Positions 8,242 to 18,564 of a stretch of 64,000 bases of DNA are shown one piece after another. Both the position numbers and the translations under genes were made by a program. Within the stretch, counting starts at the first letter, position 1; each line of letters opens with the position of its first letter. The notes under the pieces were generated by a model, which worked only from the letters and a program-made list of their open reading frames with translations, searched no databases and was not told where the DNA came from. Location: the NCBI GenBank assembly GCA_009779355.1, contig WREK01000001.1:8654-72653 (forward strand), given 5' to 3'. Source of the DNA: Betaproteobacteria bacterium. Lineage in GTDB: Bacteria; Pseudomonadota; Gammaproteobacteria; Burkholderiales; Rhodocyclaceae.

Positions 8242-10187
8242 AGATCAACAAACTCTCCATCTCGAACTTCCTGACCATCGGCAGAGCCGACATCGAACTG
8301 GATGATCGTGGACTGCTCTTGATTCAGGGCGTCAATGACGACGACCCGTCTGCCGAATCCAACGGCGCTGGCAAGTCCTCTGTGGTCGATGCGCTGTGTT
8401 GGGGCATCTACGGAACAACCGCTCGCGGCGTGTCTGGTGACGCAGTGGTCAACAAGACGACCAAGAAGGATTGCTGCGTTCATATAACGATGACTGACTG
8501 CAACCAGCAATACCGCATCGTGCGCTGGCGCAAGGGAACGAACCACAAGAATAGCGTTTCTGTTTATGAGAAGGATTTGACGACCGGCGCCGAGATGGAT
8601 CTGTCGAAGGGAACCGACAGAGAAACACAGGAGGTCATCGGCAAGGTGATGGGTTGTAGCCTCGACGTGTTCATGGCCGCCGTCTATGCGGGCCAGGAAC
8701 GAATGCCCGATCTGCCGGGTATGACCGATAAGATGCTCAAGACGCTGATTGAGGAAGCTGCTGGCGTTGAAGTGCTGACCGAGGCTTATGCAACGGTTCG
8801 TGACCGCTACAACAGGCAGAAGTCCATTGTCGATGCGCTGGCGGCAACGCAAACCACCGCTATCGGCAACGGTGCGCGCCTGTCCAACGAGGTTGCGCAG
8901 TTGGAGGTCAACTCGGAAGATTTCGAGAAGGGTCGGCGGGATCGTGCGAAAGCCGAGCTTGCCAAGACGATCCCGATCAATGATGAAATCAGCCGCGCCA
9001 CGACCGCGCTCAAGACATGGGACGAAGCCGCCAGCCGCGTCGATCTGGACAAGATCGACGCGAAACTCAAGGCGCACAAAACCGAAGAGGCTGAACGTAA
9101 CAGGCTGGATACGATTGTCCGTGCGCTTGACATGCAGGTGGCGTCGGCCAAGTCGGCTGTCGCGCTCAAGAAGCGCGAAACGGACGCCGCAGAAGCGTCG
9201 CTCAAGAGCATCGAGGAGCAGATCGGCAAGCCGTGCGGTGAGTGTGGCAAGGTCTATTGCGAACACGACATGGAAGCGGCTCGCAAGGCTCGTCAGGAAA
9301 CCATCGCCGAACTCAAGAAAACTCTGCTGACCGCCGCGAGTGAGGCAAAAGCGCTGGTTGCAAGGGCGAACGAAGCGCAAGAGAGCGCCGTGAAGTTCAA
9401 AGCGGGCATGACCGACGTGACCGCTGTGGCGCTGCGACAACGCGAATTGAGCAACCTGCTGAATTCGATTGATGCAAGTAAGCGCATGATCGAATCGAAG
9501 CGCAAGGACATCGAAAACATCAAGGCGGTTGCGAACGCAAAGTTAACCGAGACGAACCCCTGGACGAAGGCGGTTGAGTCGAAGCGTCAGGAAATCAGGC
9601 ACAACGATGCGACACTCTCGGAGATGTCAGAACGTATCGGCAAGGCGGGCGAGGAACTGGAACTGCTGGCCGACGCGGTGAAGGTATTTGGCCCCGCCGG
9701 TGTTCGCGCCCACATCCTCGACACTGTGACGCCTTACCTGAACGATCGGACGCGGGATTATCTCGGTGCGTTGGCCGATGGGAACATTCACGCGACCTGG
9801 ACGACGCTTGCCAAGACGGCGAAGGGTGAACTCAAGGAAAAATTCAACATCGGCGTGACCAACGACAAGGGCGCCGAGTCCTTCGCGGGTCTGTCTGGTG
9901 GCGAGAAGCGCAAGGTGCGACTGGCGACGGCAATGGCCTTGCAGGACATGGTGGCAAGTAGGGCAATCAAGCCTATCGACATCTTCGTCGCCGACGAGGT
10001 AGATCACGCTCTCGACGAAGCCGGCCTGGAGCGACTGATGGGCATTCTTGACCGCAAGGCCCGCGAGCGCGGCACTGTGCTGGTCATCAGCCACAACTCA
10101 CTGTCTGACTGGATCGACTCCGTTATCACGGTGACAAAAGCTGCCGGCCTCGCTACGGTAAGCGGCGCGGTGGCGCGTGGATTTTGA
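8238..10187 (+). CDS. SbcC/Rad50/gp46-like ATPase
   Basis: NGAGKS Walker A, coiled coil with CGEC hook, LSGGE signature, DEVD Walker B, ISH. Confidence 0.93.
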   Translation: MKINKLSISNFLTIGRADIELDDRGLLLIQGVNDDDPSAESNGAGKSSVVDALCWGIYGTTARGVSGDAVVNKTTKKDCCVHITMTDCNQQYRIVRWRKGTNHKNSVSVYEKDLTTGAEMDLSKGTDRETQEVIGKVMGCSLDVFMAAVYAGQERMPDLPGMTDKMLKTLIEEAAGVEVLTEAYATVRDRYNRQKSIVDALAATQTTAIGNGARLSNEVAQLEVNSEDFEKGRRDRAKAELAKTIPINDEISRATTALKTWDEAASRVDLDKIDAKLKAHKTEEAERNRLDTIVRALDMQVASAKSAVALKKRETDAAEASLKSIEEQIGKPCGECGKVYCEHDMEAARKARQETIAELKKTLLTAASEAKALVARANEAQESAVKFKAGMTDVTAVALRQRELSNLLNSIDASKRMIESKRKDIENIKAVANAKLTETNPWTKAVESKRQEIRHNDATLSEMSERIGKAGEELELLADAVKVFGPAGVRAHILDTVTPYLNDRTRDYLGALADGNIHATWTTLAKTAKGELKEKFNIGVTNDKGAESFAGLSGGEKRKVRLATAMALQDMVASRAIKPIDIFVADEVDHALDEAGLERLMGILDRKARERGTVLVISHNSLSDWIDSVITVTKAAGLATVSGAVARGF

Positions 10188-10209
10188 ATACCCGAATGGA
10201 ATATAAGCA

Positions 10210-10698
10210 ATGAGTGACACATTGGCCGACAGCCGAATTGAGCAGATTGTCGAGGAGATAAACGACAGGATCGCGGTGAGAAATCTCGCGGCGAGAAGAA
10301 ATACGGGAGAAAACACCGACCACAACTCCGCTCGCTTTATGCTGACCGAATCCATCGTTCTCACAGTCAAGAAAGCAAACAAGCCTGATTACTCGAAGAA
10401 AGAGCATACGGGCGGCGAGGAGTTTATGGCGCTTCGCTGCTATGCAAGTAAGCGTGGCGGCTTGATCTACGTTTTCAGACCGCTGCAAGTGGCCGACTAT
10501 GCGGAAATGGAAATGACGGAGAGTGCCGCTAAGAAGTCGCTGTCTGGCTTTGAGGCTTGGCTGAAAACCATCGTCGATTCCAGTCTCGACCGGGAATGCC
10601 GCGATGCGCAGAATGAAGCGTCGATTGAGGCCGAACGGGATAAGTTGATGGCTACCCGTGCCGAAGAATACGCCCATCTTGGGTTTGGAACATGGTGA
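10210..10698 (+). CDS. Hypothetical protein
   Basis: ORF within the operon. Confidence 0.65.
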   Translation: MSDTLADSRIEQIVEEINDRIAVRNLAARRNTGENTDHNSARFMLTESIVLTVKKANKPDYSKKEHTGGEEFMALRCYASKRGGLIYVFRPLQVADYAEMEMTESAAKKSLSGFEAWLKTIVDSSLDRECRDAQNEASIEAERDKLMATRAEEYAHLGFGTW

Positions 10699-10720
10699 GC
10701 AAGCTAAAGGAGAGACAAAC

Positions 10721-11053
10721 ATGACCAAAAAGGTAATCAATTTCAATATTTCCGCCGCTGATGATGATTTGATCCACAAGATTGTCCTTCGCTGCGAGGA
10801 GGCTGGCACAACGAAGCTGGAGGATCGTCTGACGCTCGAAATGGATATGGCAGCGTGCCACGCCAGCATTTGCAAGCTCGACCTCAGAGCCATGCTTGAG
10901 TGGAGGGGCAGCATGTTCGATCTAACCCATGACGTGCTTGGCATTCACAACCTTCTTGACCGCGAGACAGGAGGGTTCGAGACGGGCAACCCGTTTCGTC
11001 ATCACTGGTGGCCGCGCTTTGCCGTAGTCGGGAGATGCCATGACGGACATTGA
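10721..11053 (+). CDS. Hypothetical phage protein
   Basis: AAGGAG RBS; HDVLGI..LDRETG..PRFA motif. Confidence 0.65.
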   Translation: MTKKVINFNISAADDDLIHKIVLRCEEAGTTKLEDRLTLEMDMAACHASICKLDLRAMLEWRGSMFDLTHDVLGIHNLLDRETGGFETGNPFRHHWWPRFAVVGRCHDGH

Positions 11054-11423
11054 AATCTACCGCGCACTGCCGGAAGCCGAGCGCGAGCGTCTTGGCTTTG
11101 CTGCGTGGAAACACGAACGGCGTCAAGGCACACATGGGCCAGACTGTCATCGTTGGGGGTCAAGTCATTATGACTGTCTGCTGTCCGAGTATGACAAGCT
11201 CGATAGCAGCTATGGGCTTTTGGAGTATGAGTCTGTGGCGTTGAAGAAGAAAGCCGAGCGATATGAGCGCATTCGCACCCTCAACCCGCGTGAATACAGT
11301 GAGCTTTGGACGCGCCATATTTCGACAGGCGAGCGGTTTGACGACTTGGTTGACGCCAAGTTTGCAGAGGTTCGGAAGAATACAGAAATGCAGAAGCACA
11401 GAATTGCAGAAATGAGGAGATGA
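11040..11423 (+). CDS. Hypothetical protein
   Basis: Overlapping ORF in the operon. Confidence 0.55.
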   Translation: MTDIEIYRALPEAERERLGFAAWKHERRQGTHGPDCHRWGSSHYDCLLSEYDKLDSSYGLLEYESVALKKKAERYERIRTLNPREYSELWTRHISTGERFDDLVDAKFAEVRKNTEMQKHRIAEMRR

Positions 11424-11426
11424 AGA

Positions 11427-11675
11427 GTGGCACTCATTGAAAACGCCGTCAGGGTCAAAGGCAAGACCGTAATCGACTTAAATGGCCCAAGTGGAAATGC
11501 CTATGCTTTGCTCTCAATCGCCCGGTATCACGCCAGAAAACTTGAACTGAACTGGCCGAAAATTGAGGCAGAAATGACCAGTGGCGACTTTCGACATCTT
11601 GTTGAGGCGTTCGACAAGCACTTTGGCGCGTTCATCGACCTGGCTCTGCCCGACGACTGGAGCGACTGCGAATGA
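11427..11675 (+). CDS. Hypothetical phage protein
   Basis: IDLNGPSGNAYAL..MTSGD motif; GAGGAG RBS. Confidence 0.65.
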   Translation: MALIENAVRVKGKTVIDLNGPSGNAYALLSIARYHARKLELNWPKIEAEMTSGDFRHLVEAFDKHFGAFIDLALPDDWSDCE

Positions 11676-12238
11676 AAATCATCGGCTGTGATCCAAGTTT
11701 ACGCAACTTCGGCATCGTGACCGCCGATCTGAACATCGACACGATGGAGTTCAAGATTCAGGAAATGCGCCTGATCGAATCTGAGGACAATGCGAAGAAG
11801 GCCAAGACGGTTCGCAAGAACTCCGACGACCTGCGCCGCGCCAGAGCGCTGCATGAGGGCTTTGTGGCCGCTTGTCAGGGCGCGGGTATGGCGTTCATAG
11901 AAGTGCCGGTCGGCTCGCAATCCGCTCGCGCAATGGCATCCTACGGCATCTGTATCGGTGTCCTGGCGGCTTGCCCCGTGCCGATGATTCAACTGACTCC
12001 AACTGAGGTGAAGTTGGCAATGACTGGCGAGAAAACCGCCACGAAGGATGAAATGATCGAGGCTGCGGTAAAGGCTCACCCGGAGGCAAAGTGGCTGACC
12101 CGCAAGCTAGGCGGCAAACTTTCCCTTATCAGCAGCAACGAACACCTGGCCGACGCCACTGGTGCGATCATGGCTGGTCTGAAAACGGATGAATTCAGAG
12201 CGATTTTGGCAACCCTACGCTGCCTTCGGGCCGCCTGA
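11672..12238 (+). CDS. RuvC-like Holliday junction resolvase
   Basis: IIGCDPSLRNFG, IEVP, PTEVK, ATKDEM and HLADA motifs. Confidence 0.85.
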   Translation: MKIIGCDPSLRNFGIVTADLNIDTMEFKIQEMRLIESEDNAKKAKTVRKNSDDLRRARALHEGFVAACQGAGMAFIEVPVGSQSARAMASYGICIGVLAACPVPMIQLTPTEVKLAMTGEKTATKDEMIEAAVKAHPEAKWLTRKLGGKLSLISSNEHLADATGAIMAGLKTDEFRAILATLRCLRAA

Positions 12239-12270
12239 TCCATCTGGTCAGTGTTGACTACACTTAAGAC

Positions 12271-12549
12271 ATGACGCACGACACGAAAACGCTCATGATT
12301 CCAGCCAGCGTCCTTGAAACAACTCGTCGTTATTGCGACGATACGATTTTGCTGAAAATCGTAATTCACCCGCGTAGCGTGGCTGAGTTAGCTTGGATTG
12401 GCGAATCACTCAAGAAGAACAGCAACCGCCTTGTTGTGTTTCCTGACGGCAGCCCAATCATGCACCCGGCGAGTGAACGCCCGTCGCCCAAGATCGACGT
12501 GTTGCGAGCCAAAACAGACGTGCCTGTCGCGGTGGTCGATCACTGGTAG
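12271..12549 (+). CDS. Hypothetical protein
   Basis: ORF between two operator copies. Confidence 0.5.
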   Translation: MTHDTKTLMIPASVLETTRRYCDDTILLKIVIHPRSVAELAWIGESLKKNSNRLVVFPDGSPIMHPASERPSPKIDVLRAKTDVPVAVVDHW

Positions 12550-12627
12550 CCTTATATGGCGGTATAGTAAGCGTTTACTATAAAATCGCCATTCAAATTT
12601 ACAACCACAACAACTAGGAGTATCAAA

Positions 12628-15060
12628 ATGACGCCTGCGCGTTCATACGCAAAGGGCATCGGCGCCGCCATCGCTGATCGCACCATCAATCGCAAAATTA
12701 CCGAGGCCGTGCCTCTCTACAAGAAGATCATCGAACTGCCACGACGGGATGATATGTCTCTGGACGATGAAGTGGCGGCATGGGCCAAGTCCAACGGTTT
12801 CATCATCGACGGCTACGACGTGCCGCATGGCGACGATCTGGTCGTCAAGGTTGTCCTCAATGTGGTCGGTCACATTCGCACGGAAGAATGGGCCGACGTT
12901 GCCGAGCGCGTGGCGCGTGGTTCTGCCTCGCTTGAGCCGCGTGGCTCTTCACTGCCCGGTCTGTCGCTGGCCGAAAGAGAATACGAGGACATGGCACACC
13001 ATCTGCGCCAGGCGTCGATCCTGATGTCGGGGCGTCACCTGCAACATGGGGATGAAAACCAAGCAGGACGCAACATTGAAGTTTTTTGCAACTGCGCAAC
13101 AAGCGCCACGAGCTTCTTGACGTTCTACCTGCTACTGAACGGTTCTGGCGTCGGTAGAAGCTACGATGACGCAATGATGGCGGTGGATTATAACTATCTG
13201 CCCGTCGTCGTTCCGGTCATCGACGCGACACATGCGGACATTCAAAGCGGCGAGATCCAGGCGCTCGATCTGCGCACTGCCAAGCATCTGTATGCCGGTC
13301 GCCGGATTCACGTTTTTGAGGTTCCCGACAGCCGCGAGGGTTGGGCAAAGGCGCTTGAGAAGATGGAGCTGATGGCGTTCAAACGCGATCTTCGTGACGA
13401 TGTGCTACTGCTCGACTTCTCCAAAGTTCGCCCGCGTGGCGCTCCGATTATGGGAATGCAAGGACGGCCAGCTTCCGGCCCCGGCACCCTAATGACCGCC
13501 ATTCGCAATGTTGCTGTCTTGCGCGACGCGGGCATGGCTCCGTGGCGTGCCGCGATGTATGCCGACCACTACCTTGCCGAGTGTGTCCTGGTTGGTGGCG
13601 CCCGTCGCGCTGCTCGCATGGCAATGAAGTTCTGGAAAGATGAAAGTGTGCTGGACTTCATTCGGGTTAAACGCGGCGGCTTTCTATGGTCGTCGAACAA
13701 CAGCGTGATGGTGGATGCAGAGTTTTGGGACTATGTGAAGCGACCGATTCGCGGTAGCCGCGCCGAAGATCATGATCTGATCCGACATGCGAACGCTGTC
13801 TTTAACGCCATTTGCGAGGCCGCTTACCATGATGGCACCGGCGAACCCGGATTCATCAATGTTGACAAGCTGGCTTGGAATGACGATGGCGTCGAGGCGC
13901 TGGCTGATGGCAAATTCGCCGAATCCGAACGCTACAAGCTGGACGACAGCACCATCGAACTGACGAAGGCGCTCTACGAGGCTTGGCGCGGCGGGCAATA
14001 TCAGGCCGGCGTTAACCCGTGCGCCGAAATTTCCATCAGTTCGCTTGGCGCCTACTGCACTATAGCCGACGTTGTTCCCTATCACGCCAACAACCAGTCT
14101 CCCGATCTATGGGATGCTGACGCAGAGAATGCCTTTCGCGTCGCTACACGGGCGCTGATTCGCACCAACACGATGAACAGTCTTTATGGCAAGGAAGTCG
14201 CCCGCACCAACCGCATCGGCGTTGGCATTACCGGCTTGCACGAGTGGGCTTGGGCGCGTTTCGGCTTTGGCTGGAAAGACATCGTGAATGAAGAAGCCTC
14301 GAAAGTCATGTGGCTGACCTTGAGCCGCTTCAAGCGTGCCGTGACGAGCGAGGCCCGCGACTACGCCCTGGCGTTGGGGATGGCTGTGCCGCATACCAAC
14401 ACGACAATAAAACCCGCAGGCACGACCAGTAAACTTTTCGGCCTCACTGAAGGCGCTCACCTTCCATCCATGCGCGAATACATCCGTTGGGTGCAGTTCC
14501 GCAACGATGATCCGCTGGTGGATGAGTATCGCGCCAAAGGCTACCCCGTCAAGAAGCTGCAAACCTACTCAGGCACCACCATCGTTGGCTTTCCGACGCA
14601 GCCGCTGATCTGCACCCTCGGCATGGGCGACAAGCTGGTGACGGCTGCCGAGGCGACGCCGGAAGAGCAATACGAATACCTGCGCCTTTTGGAGAAGTAT
14701 TGGATTGTCGGCGTTGAAGAAGATGGTGTGACGGCGCTTGAGGATCGCGGCAATCAGATTTCTTTCACGCTGAAATACAACCCGGACGCCGTGAGCTTCA
14801 AGGCATTCAAGCAAACGCTGCTGGCGAACCAATCAACCGTCCGCTGCTGTTCCGTGATGCCGCAAACCGACACCTCAGCCTATGAATACGTTCCAGAGCA
14901 GGCGGTGGAGAAAAGTCACTACGAACTGATCTGCGCCGCCATCGCCGCGAACGACGCCGTGATCAAGGAGGATGTTGGTCTTGAGCATGTGGATTGCGCC
15001 TCTGGCGCTTGCCCGGTGTCATGGAACGAGAACGCAGAGGCGATGTCTGCTACTGCTTGA
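12628..15060 (+). CDS. nrdJ: Class II (adenosylcobalamin-dependent) ribonucleotide reductase
   Basis: NCA, GSGVG, GGARRAA, SNNSV, GEPG, NPCAEI, TIKPAGT, C-terminal CASGACP; no beta subunit nearby. Confidence 0.88.
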   Translation: MTPARSYAKGIGAAIADRTINRKITEAVPLYKKIIELPRRDDMSLDDEVAAWAKSNGFIIDGYDVPHGDDLVVKVVLNVVGHIRTEEWADVAERVARGSASLEPRGSSLPGLSLAEREYEDMAHHLRQASILMSGRHLQHGDENQAGRNIEVFCNCATSATSFLTFYLLLNGSGVGRSYDDAMMAVDYNYLPVVVPVIDATHADIQSGEIQALDLRTAKHLYAGRRIHVFEVPDSREGWAKALEKMELMAFKRDLRDDVLLLDFSKVRPRGAPIMGMQGRPASGPGTLMTAIRNVAVLRDAGMAPWRAAMYADHYLAECVLVGGARRAARMAMKFWKDESVLDFIRVKRGGFLWSSNNSVMVDAEFWDYVKRPIRGSRAEDHDLIRHANAVFNAICEAAYHDGTGEPGFINVDKLAWNDDGVEALADGKFAESERYKLDDSTIELTKALYEAWRGGQYQAGVNPCAEISISSLGAYCTIADVVPYHANNQSPDLWDADAENAFRVATRALIRTNTMNSLYGKEVARTNRIGVGITGLHEWAWARFGFGWKDIVNEEASKVMWLTLSRFKRAVTSEARDYALALGMAVPHTNTTIKPAGTTSKLFGLTEGAHLPSMREYIRWVQFRNDDPLVDEYRAKGYPVKKLQTYSGTTIVGFPTQPLICTLGMGDKLVTAAEATPEEQYEYLRLLEKYWIVGVEEDGVTALEDRGNQISFTLKYNPDAVSFKAFKQTLLANQSTVRCCSVMPQTDTSAYEYVPEQAVEKSHYELICAAIAANDAVIKEDVGLEHVDCASGACPVSWNENAEAMSATA

Positions 15061-15131
15061 AAACTCTAGTAAGGGCTGACTATAATAAGGGGGCGGGCAA
15101 GCACCGCCCTTTTTCTTTGGAGAGCAAAAGC

Positions 15132-16031
15132 ATGGGTATTAAAGTTAAGGTCATTGAGGACAGCATCAGCAGCGCCGGCATTCGGCTGACAACGCTGCAA
15201 GTGCGCTTCCCCCGGTTTGTTTTGCCGGAGTTCAATACTCACAGGGCATTTTCACGGAACTTCAGTTCCTCCCGCGCCATTCCGGTCAAGAAGATGATCG
15301 ACATGGTTCGGACAGAGCCAGCAATGCCCGTTCATTGGGGCGAGAACCAGGCGGGGATGCAGGCAAGCAACGAGCTTGACAACTTTCAAAAGAAGCGTGC
15401 CGGAGATGCTTGGTGCCGTGCCGCGCAATGTGCCGCCAACTTCGCCGACAAGTTGATGGAGCTTGGTCTGCACAAGCAGGTTGCCAATCGCGTGATGGAG
15501 CCGTTCTTGATGGTTGATGGCATCGTGACGGCCACCGAGTTTGAGAACTTCTTCGAGTTGCGCTGCCACAAGGATGCGCAACCTGAGATTCAGTGTCTGG
15601 CGAACGAAATGCGCAATCAGATGGAACGCTCAAAGCCAAATCTGCTGCATTTTGGCGAATGGCACTTGCCCTACGTTACACAGGACGAGCGCAATGATGC
15701 CCACTTTGCCGACAAGCCCGAGTTGCTGCGAAACATCAGCGCCGCCCGCTGCTGCCGGGTTTCCTACTTGAAGCACGACGGCACGGCTGCGTCGATTGCC
15801 GACGATCTGGCCCTGTGCGAGCGTCTTGCTGGCACCCGTCCAATTCACGCCTCACCGTTCGAGCATCAAGCAACGCCGATGCCGGAGTCGCAATTCAGTG
15901 TTGTCGATTTTGCGGAAGGTCGTATTTGCGACGGTGTATCGCATATTGACTGGGACGGCGTGGCTTGGTCGGGCAATTTCGCTGGCTGGATTCAATATCG
16001 GAAGTTAATTGAAGAAGCGTTCGCTTCCTGA
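15132..16031 (+). CDS. thyX: Flavin-dependent thymidylate synthase (phage ThyX/Thy1-like)
   Basis: EFNTHRAFSRNFSSSRAIP, NFFELRC..AQPEI and HASPFEH motifs. Confidence 0.88.
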   Translation: MGIKVKVIEDSISSAGIRLTTLQVRFPRFVLPEFNTHRAFSRNFSSSRAIPVKKMIDMVRTEPAMPVHWGENQAGMQASNELDNFQKKRAGDAWCRAAQCAANFADKLMELGLHKQVANRVMEPFLMVDGIVTATEFENFFELRCHKDAQPEIQCLANEMRNQMERSKPNLLHFGEWHLPYVTQDERNDAHFADKPELLRNISAARCCRVSYLKHDGTAASIADDLALCERLAGTRPIHASPFEHQATPMPESQFSVVDFAEGRICDGVSHIDWDGVAWSGNFAGWIQYRKLIEEAFAS

Positions 16032-16486
16032 TTTGCGTCTGTATCGTTTGGTTAATTATTACTCAATGAAAGGGTTAATGTGAGTAAGCGGTTTAACGGA
16101 GGCGGGCCGGCAAGGGATTTTGCTGTCGCTGCATACGACATGGCCGACGCTATGTTGGAAGCGAGAGAGCAATCGGCGTGAGTCTCTACAGTTCCATCCC
16201 ATACAAGGCTTTCGGCCAACAAGGCGAATTCACTCGTGATGCGCTGACGATTGGCGAGCTGCCGCACGAAATGCGACAACAGGCGTGCGTCGATGCCACC
16301 GCGCACATTAGCCAGTTGATTGGCATTGAGCCAATACGCCGAATTTTCTTTGGCAGGCCCGCGTATGTCGCTTTTGGACTCTGCCTAGCAGACGCGAAGC
16401 GACACCAACATGCTTCCATTTTGATGAAACGTGGCGCGGACGTGCCGCTACACCTACTGTCAAACCACAACCGAAAGGAAACCAAT

Positions 16487-16816
16487 ATGAAGAAACACAA
16501 TCCAGCCCCGTGGTCGGCCCATCCGTGCGACAACAACGTTTATGCCATGTTCGACGGCAATGGTCAGCACTTCATGAACGTGCGTGGCGTTGATGAGTCT
16601 AGCGCGGTTGAGGCAAACGTCAGTTTGGTCACGGCGGCGCCGGGGCTGTTGCAATGCGCTGGTGAATCACTGGCGATGCTTGAGGGGCTGCTGAATCGGT
16701 ATCCCGATACCCACAACGATGAGATGGAAGCTCTCATTGGAAAACTGTGCGCTGCTATCTGTGGCGCGATGAATGTTGAAATTGCTGCGAAGGAGAGCGC
16801 GTGGTTGCCAGCCTGA
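16487..16816 (+). CDS. Hypothetical phage protein
   Basis: HxPxPW...ANxxLxxAAPxL motif; AAAGGA RBS. Confidence 0.6.
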   Translation: MKKHNPAPWSAHPCDNNVYAMFDGNGQHFMNVRGVDESSAVEANVSLVTAAPGLLQCAGESLAMLEGLLNRYPDTHNDEMEALIGKLCAAICGAMNVEIAAKESAWLPA

Positions 16817-16882
16817 AAAAAAGCGGACGAAGCGGGTGGTTTCCCCACGCAAGAAGGCGACGCCGAGCAATACGAACAGAAT

Positions 16883-17170
16883 TTGGCCGTTGCCATTACC
16901 GCCGTTTGGATCGCTGACATGGAACGTCGCCAGCGTATCAAAGAGCGCTGCGACGCTGGCCGCGCCGCCGCTCGCGCTTCGCTGGCAGCGACGGGCAAAA
17001 CTCACAAGGGCAAAACTCACAAGGGCAAGGCGAGCTTGGGCCGTCCTTTCGCCAATGAAGCTGCGGCGGTCACGGCATGGCGAAAGGACAACAACGCCAG
17101 CATTTCCAAGACCGCCGCGCATTTCGGCATGTCCGTCAGCACGGTCAAGCGGTATTGCGCGGCAAAAACC
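16883..17170 (+). pseudogene. C-terminal remnant of a serine resolvase/invertase (helix E plus HTH)
   Basis: ERxxIKERxxxG...LGRP...SISKTAAHFGMSVSTVKRY; catalytic domain absent. Confidence 0.65.
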
Positions 17171-17215
17171 TCACCAAGCCAAAACACCCACTTACCACAG
17201 CAAAAGGAAACAAAC

Positions 17216-18097
17216 GTGAACGCTTTAACCGTTGTCGGCACCGCCATCCGTCAGGATACCGAAGGTTGGTTCTGCCTCAATGATCTGCACCGGGCCAGCG
17301 GCGGGGAGGCGCGACACAAGCCTGGAAACTGGTTGATGCTTGACCAAACAAAGGCGCTGATCTCTGAGGTAGAGATTGCTGGAATTCCAGCAATCCAATC
17401 AAAACAAGGACTTGGAACTTTCGTCGTCAAGGAGCTGGTCTACGCCTACGCGATGTGGATCAGCCCGGCATTCAATCTGAAAGTTATACGCGCCTATGAC
17501 GCACTGGTGACGCAAACGGCCCAACCAACCCATCTCATTCCGCAAACATACCATGAAGCTCTACGGCTGGCGGCTGACAAGGAAGAACAAAGGGCAATCG
17601 CTGTAGCGGAGCGCGACGAGGCGGTTCGCACAAAAGCCCATATTGGCAACAAACGCGAAGCAACATCAATGGCAACGGCGGCCAAAGCAGAACTCGAAAA
17701 GAAACAGCTTCAGGACAAACTGACGGAAGCGCAGCTTGAGGTGATATATGCGCGAGATGATAACAGGAAATTGCTGAAGGAAAAGGCAGCGCTTGAAAGT
17801 CAGCTAAACGCCGACGAGGATGTTGTCAGCGACACTGTTACCGTTACCGATGCAGCCAAGTATTTTCGGTGCAATACGGGAAAAATACACCGTCATTTTT
17901 CTGACAAGGGCCTTGTTTACAAGTGTGAGGGAAATTGGGTGGCTACGTCTAATGGCAAAAAAAGCGGTTTGGTTGTGGCGAGCGAGCGTAAGTATCACTC
18001 GAAAAACGGTAGCGCCTCTTTCAAGCCAAACTATCGCATTACATTGGCTGGCGCGACAGAGCTAGAAAAAGAGTTAACTTGCAAGAAGGCAGCATAA
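17216..18097 (+). CDS. KilA-N domain antirepressor-like protein
   Basis: IRQD.EG..CLNDLHRASG..GTF..KELVYAYAMWISPAFNLKVIRAYD; PQTY.EALRLAAD; AAAGGA RBS before GTG 17216. Confidence 0.88.
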   Translation: MNALTVVGTAIRQDTEGWFCLNDLHRASGGEARHKPGNWLMLDQTKALISEVEIAGIPAIQSKQGLGTFVVKELVYAYAMWISPAFNLKVIRAYDALVTQTAQPTHLIPQTYHEALRLAADKEEQRAIAVAERDEAVRTKAHIGNKREATSMATAAKAELEKKQLQDKLTEAQLEVIYARDDNRKLLKEKAALESQLNADEDVVSDTVTVTDAAKYFRCNTGKIHRHFSDKGLVYKCEGNWVATSNGKKSGLVVASERKYHSKNGSASFKPNYRITLAGATELEKELTCKKAA

Positions 18098-18564
18098 TGT
18101 TCAATTTCCCCACTCAACACTTCCAGATCAAACTGCTGGACGAACGCGGAATGCCGCAACGGGCGACGCCAATGTCTGCCGGCTACGATGTCATCGCTTG
18201 TATCAACGAGCCTGTCGCCATCAGAAAGGGCGACAAGGCGACCCTGATCCCGCTTGGCTTCGCCTGCTACATGGCGAACGAGCAGGTTGTCGGGCTGATT
18301 CTGCCGCGCTCCGGGCTTGGTCACAAGCAAGGGCTGGTTCTTGGCAACACCGTCGGCGTTGTGGACGGAGACTATCAAAACCAATGGTATGCCTCTGCCT
18401 GGAATCGCGGCCAACAGGACGAGATCGTCACCAACCCCGGCGACCGGATCGCGCAGATCGTCTTCGTGCCGTTGATCCATCCGGTGTTCGAGCGGGTTGA
18501 GGAATTCTCCGAAGCGACGAAGCGTGGCTTGGGCGGCTTTGGCAGCACTGGCGGGCATCAATGA
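18097..18564 (+). CDS. dut: Trimeric dUTPase
   Basis: AGYD, PRSGLG, GVVDGDY, GDRIAQ and RGLGGFGSTG motifs. Confidence 0.95.
   Translation: MFNFPTQHFQIKLLDERGMPQRATPMSAGYDVIACINEPVAIRKGDKATLIPLGFACYMANEQVVGLILPRSGLGHKQGLVLGNTVGVVDGDYQNQWYASAWNRGQQDEIVTNPGDRIAQIVFVPLIHPVFERVEEFSEATKRGLGGFGSTGGHQ

Noticed and set aside
12628-15060. Intein or intron in the ribonucleotide reductase
   Set aside because: The roughly 60-aa N-terminal insertion lacks splicing motifs and the ORF is uninterrupted
16060-16480. ncRNA or extended CDS upstream of 16487
   Set aside because: No clear structure or promoter-terminator pair; the RBS supports a start at 16487
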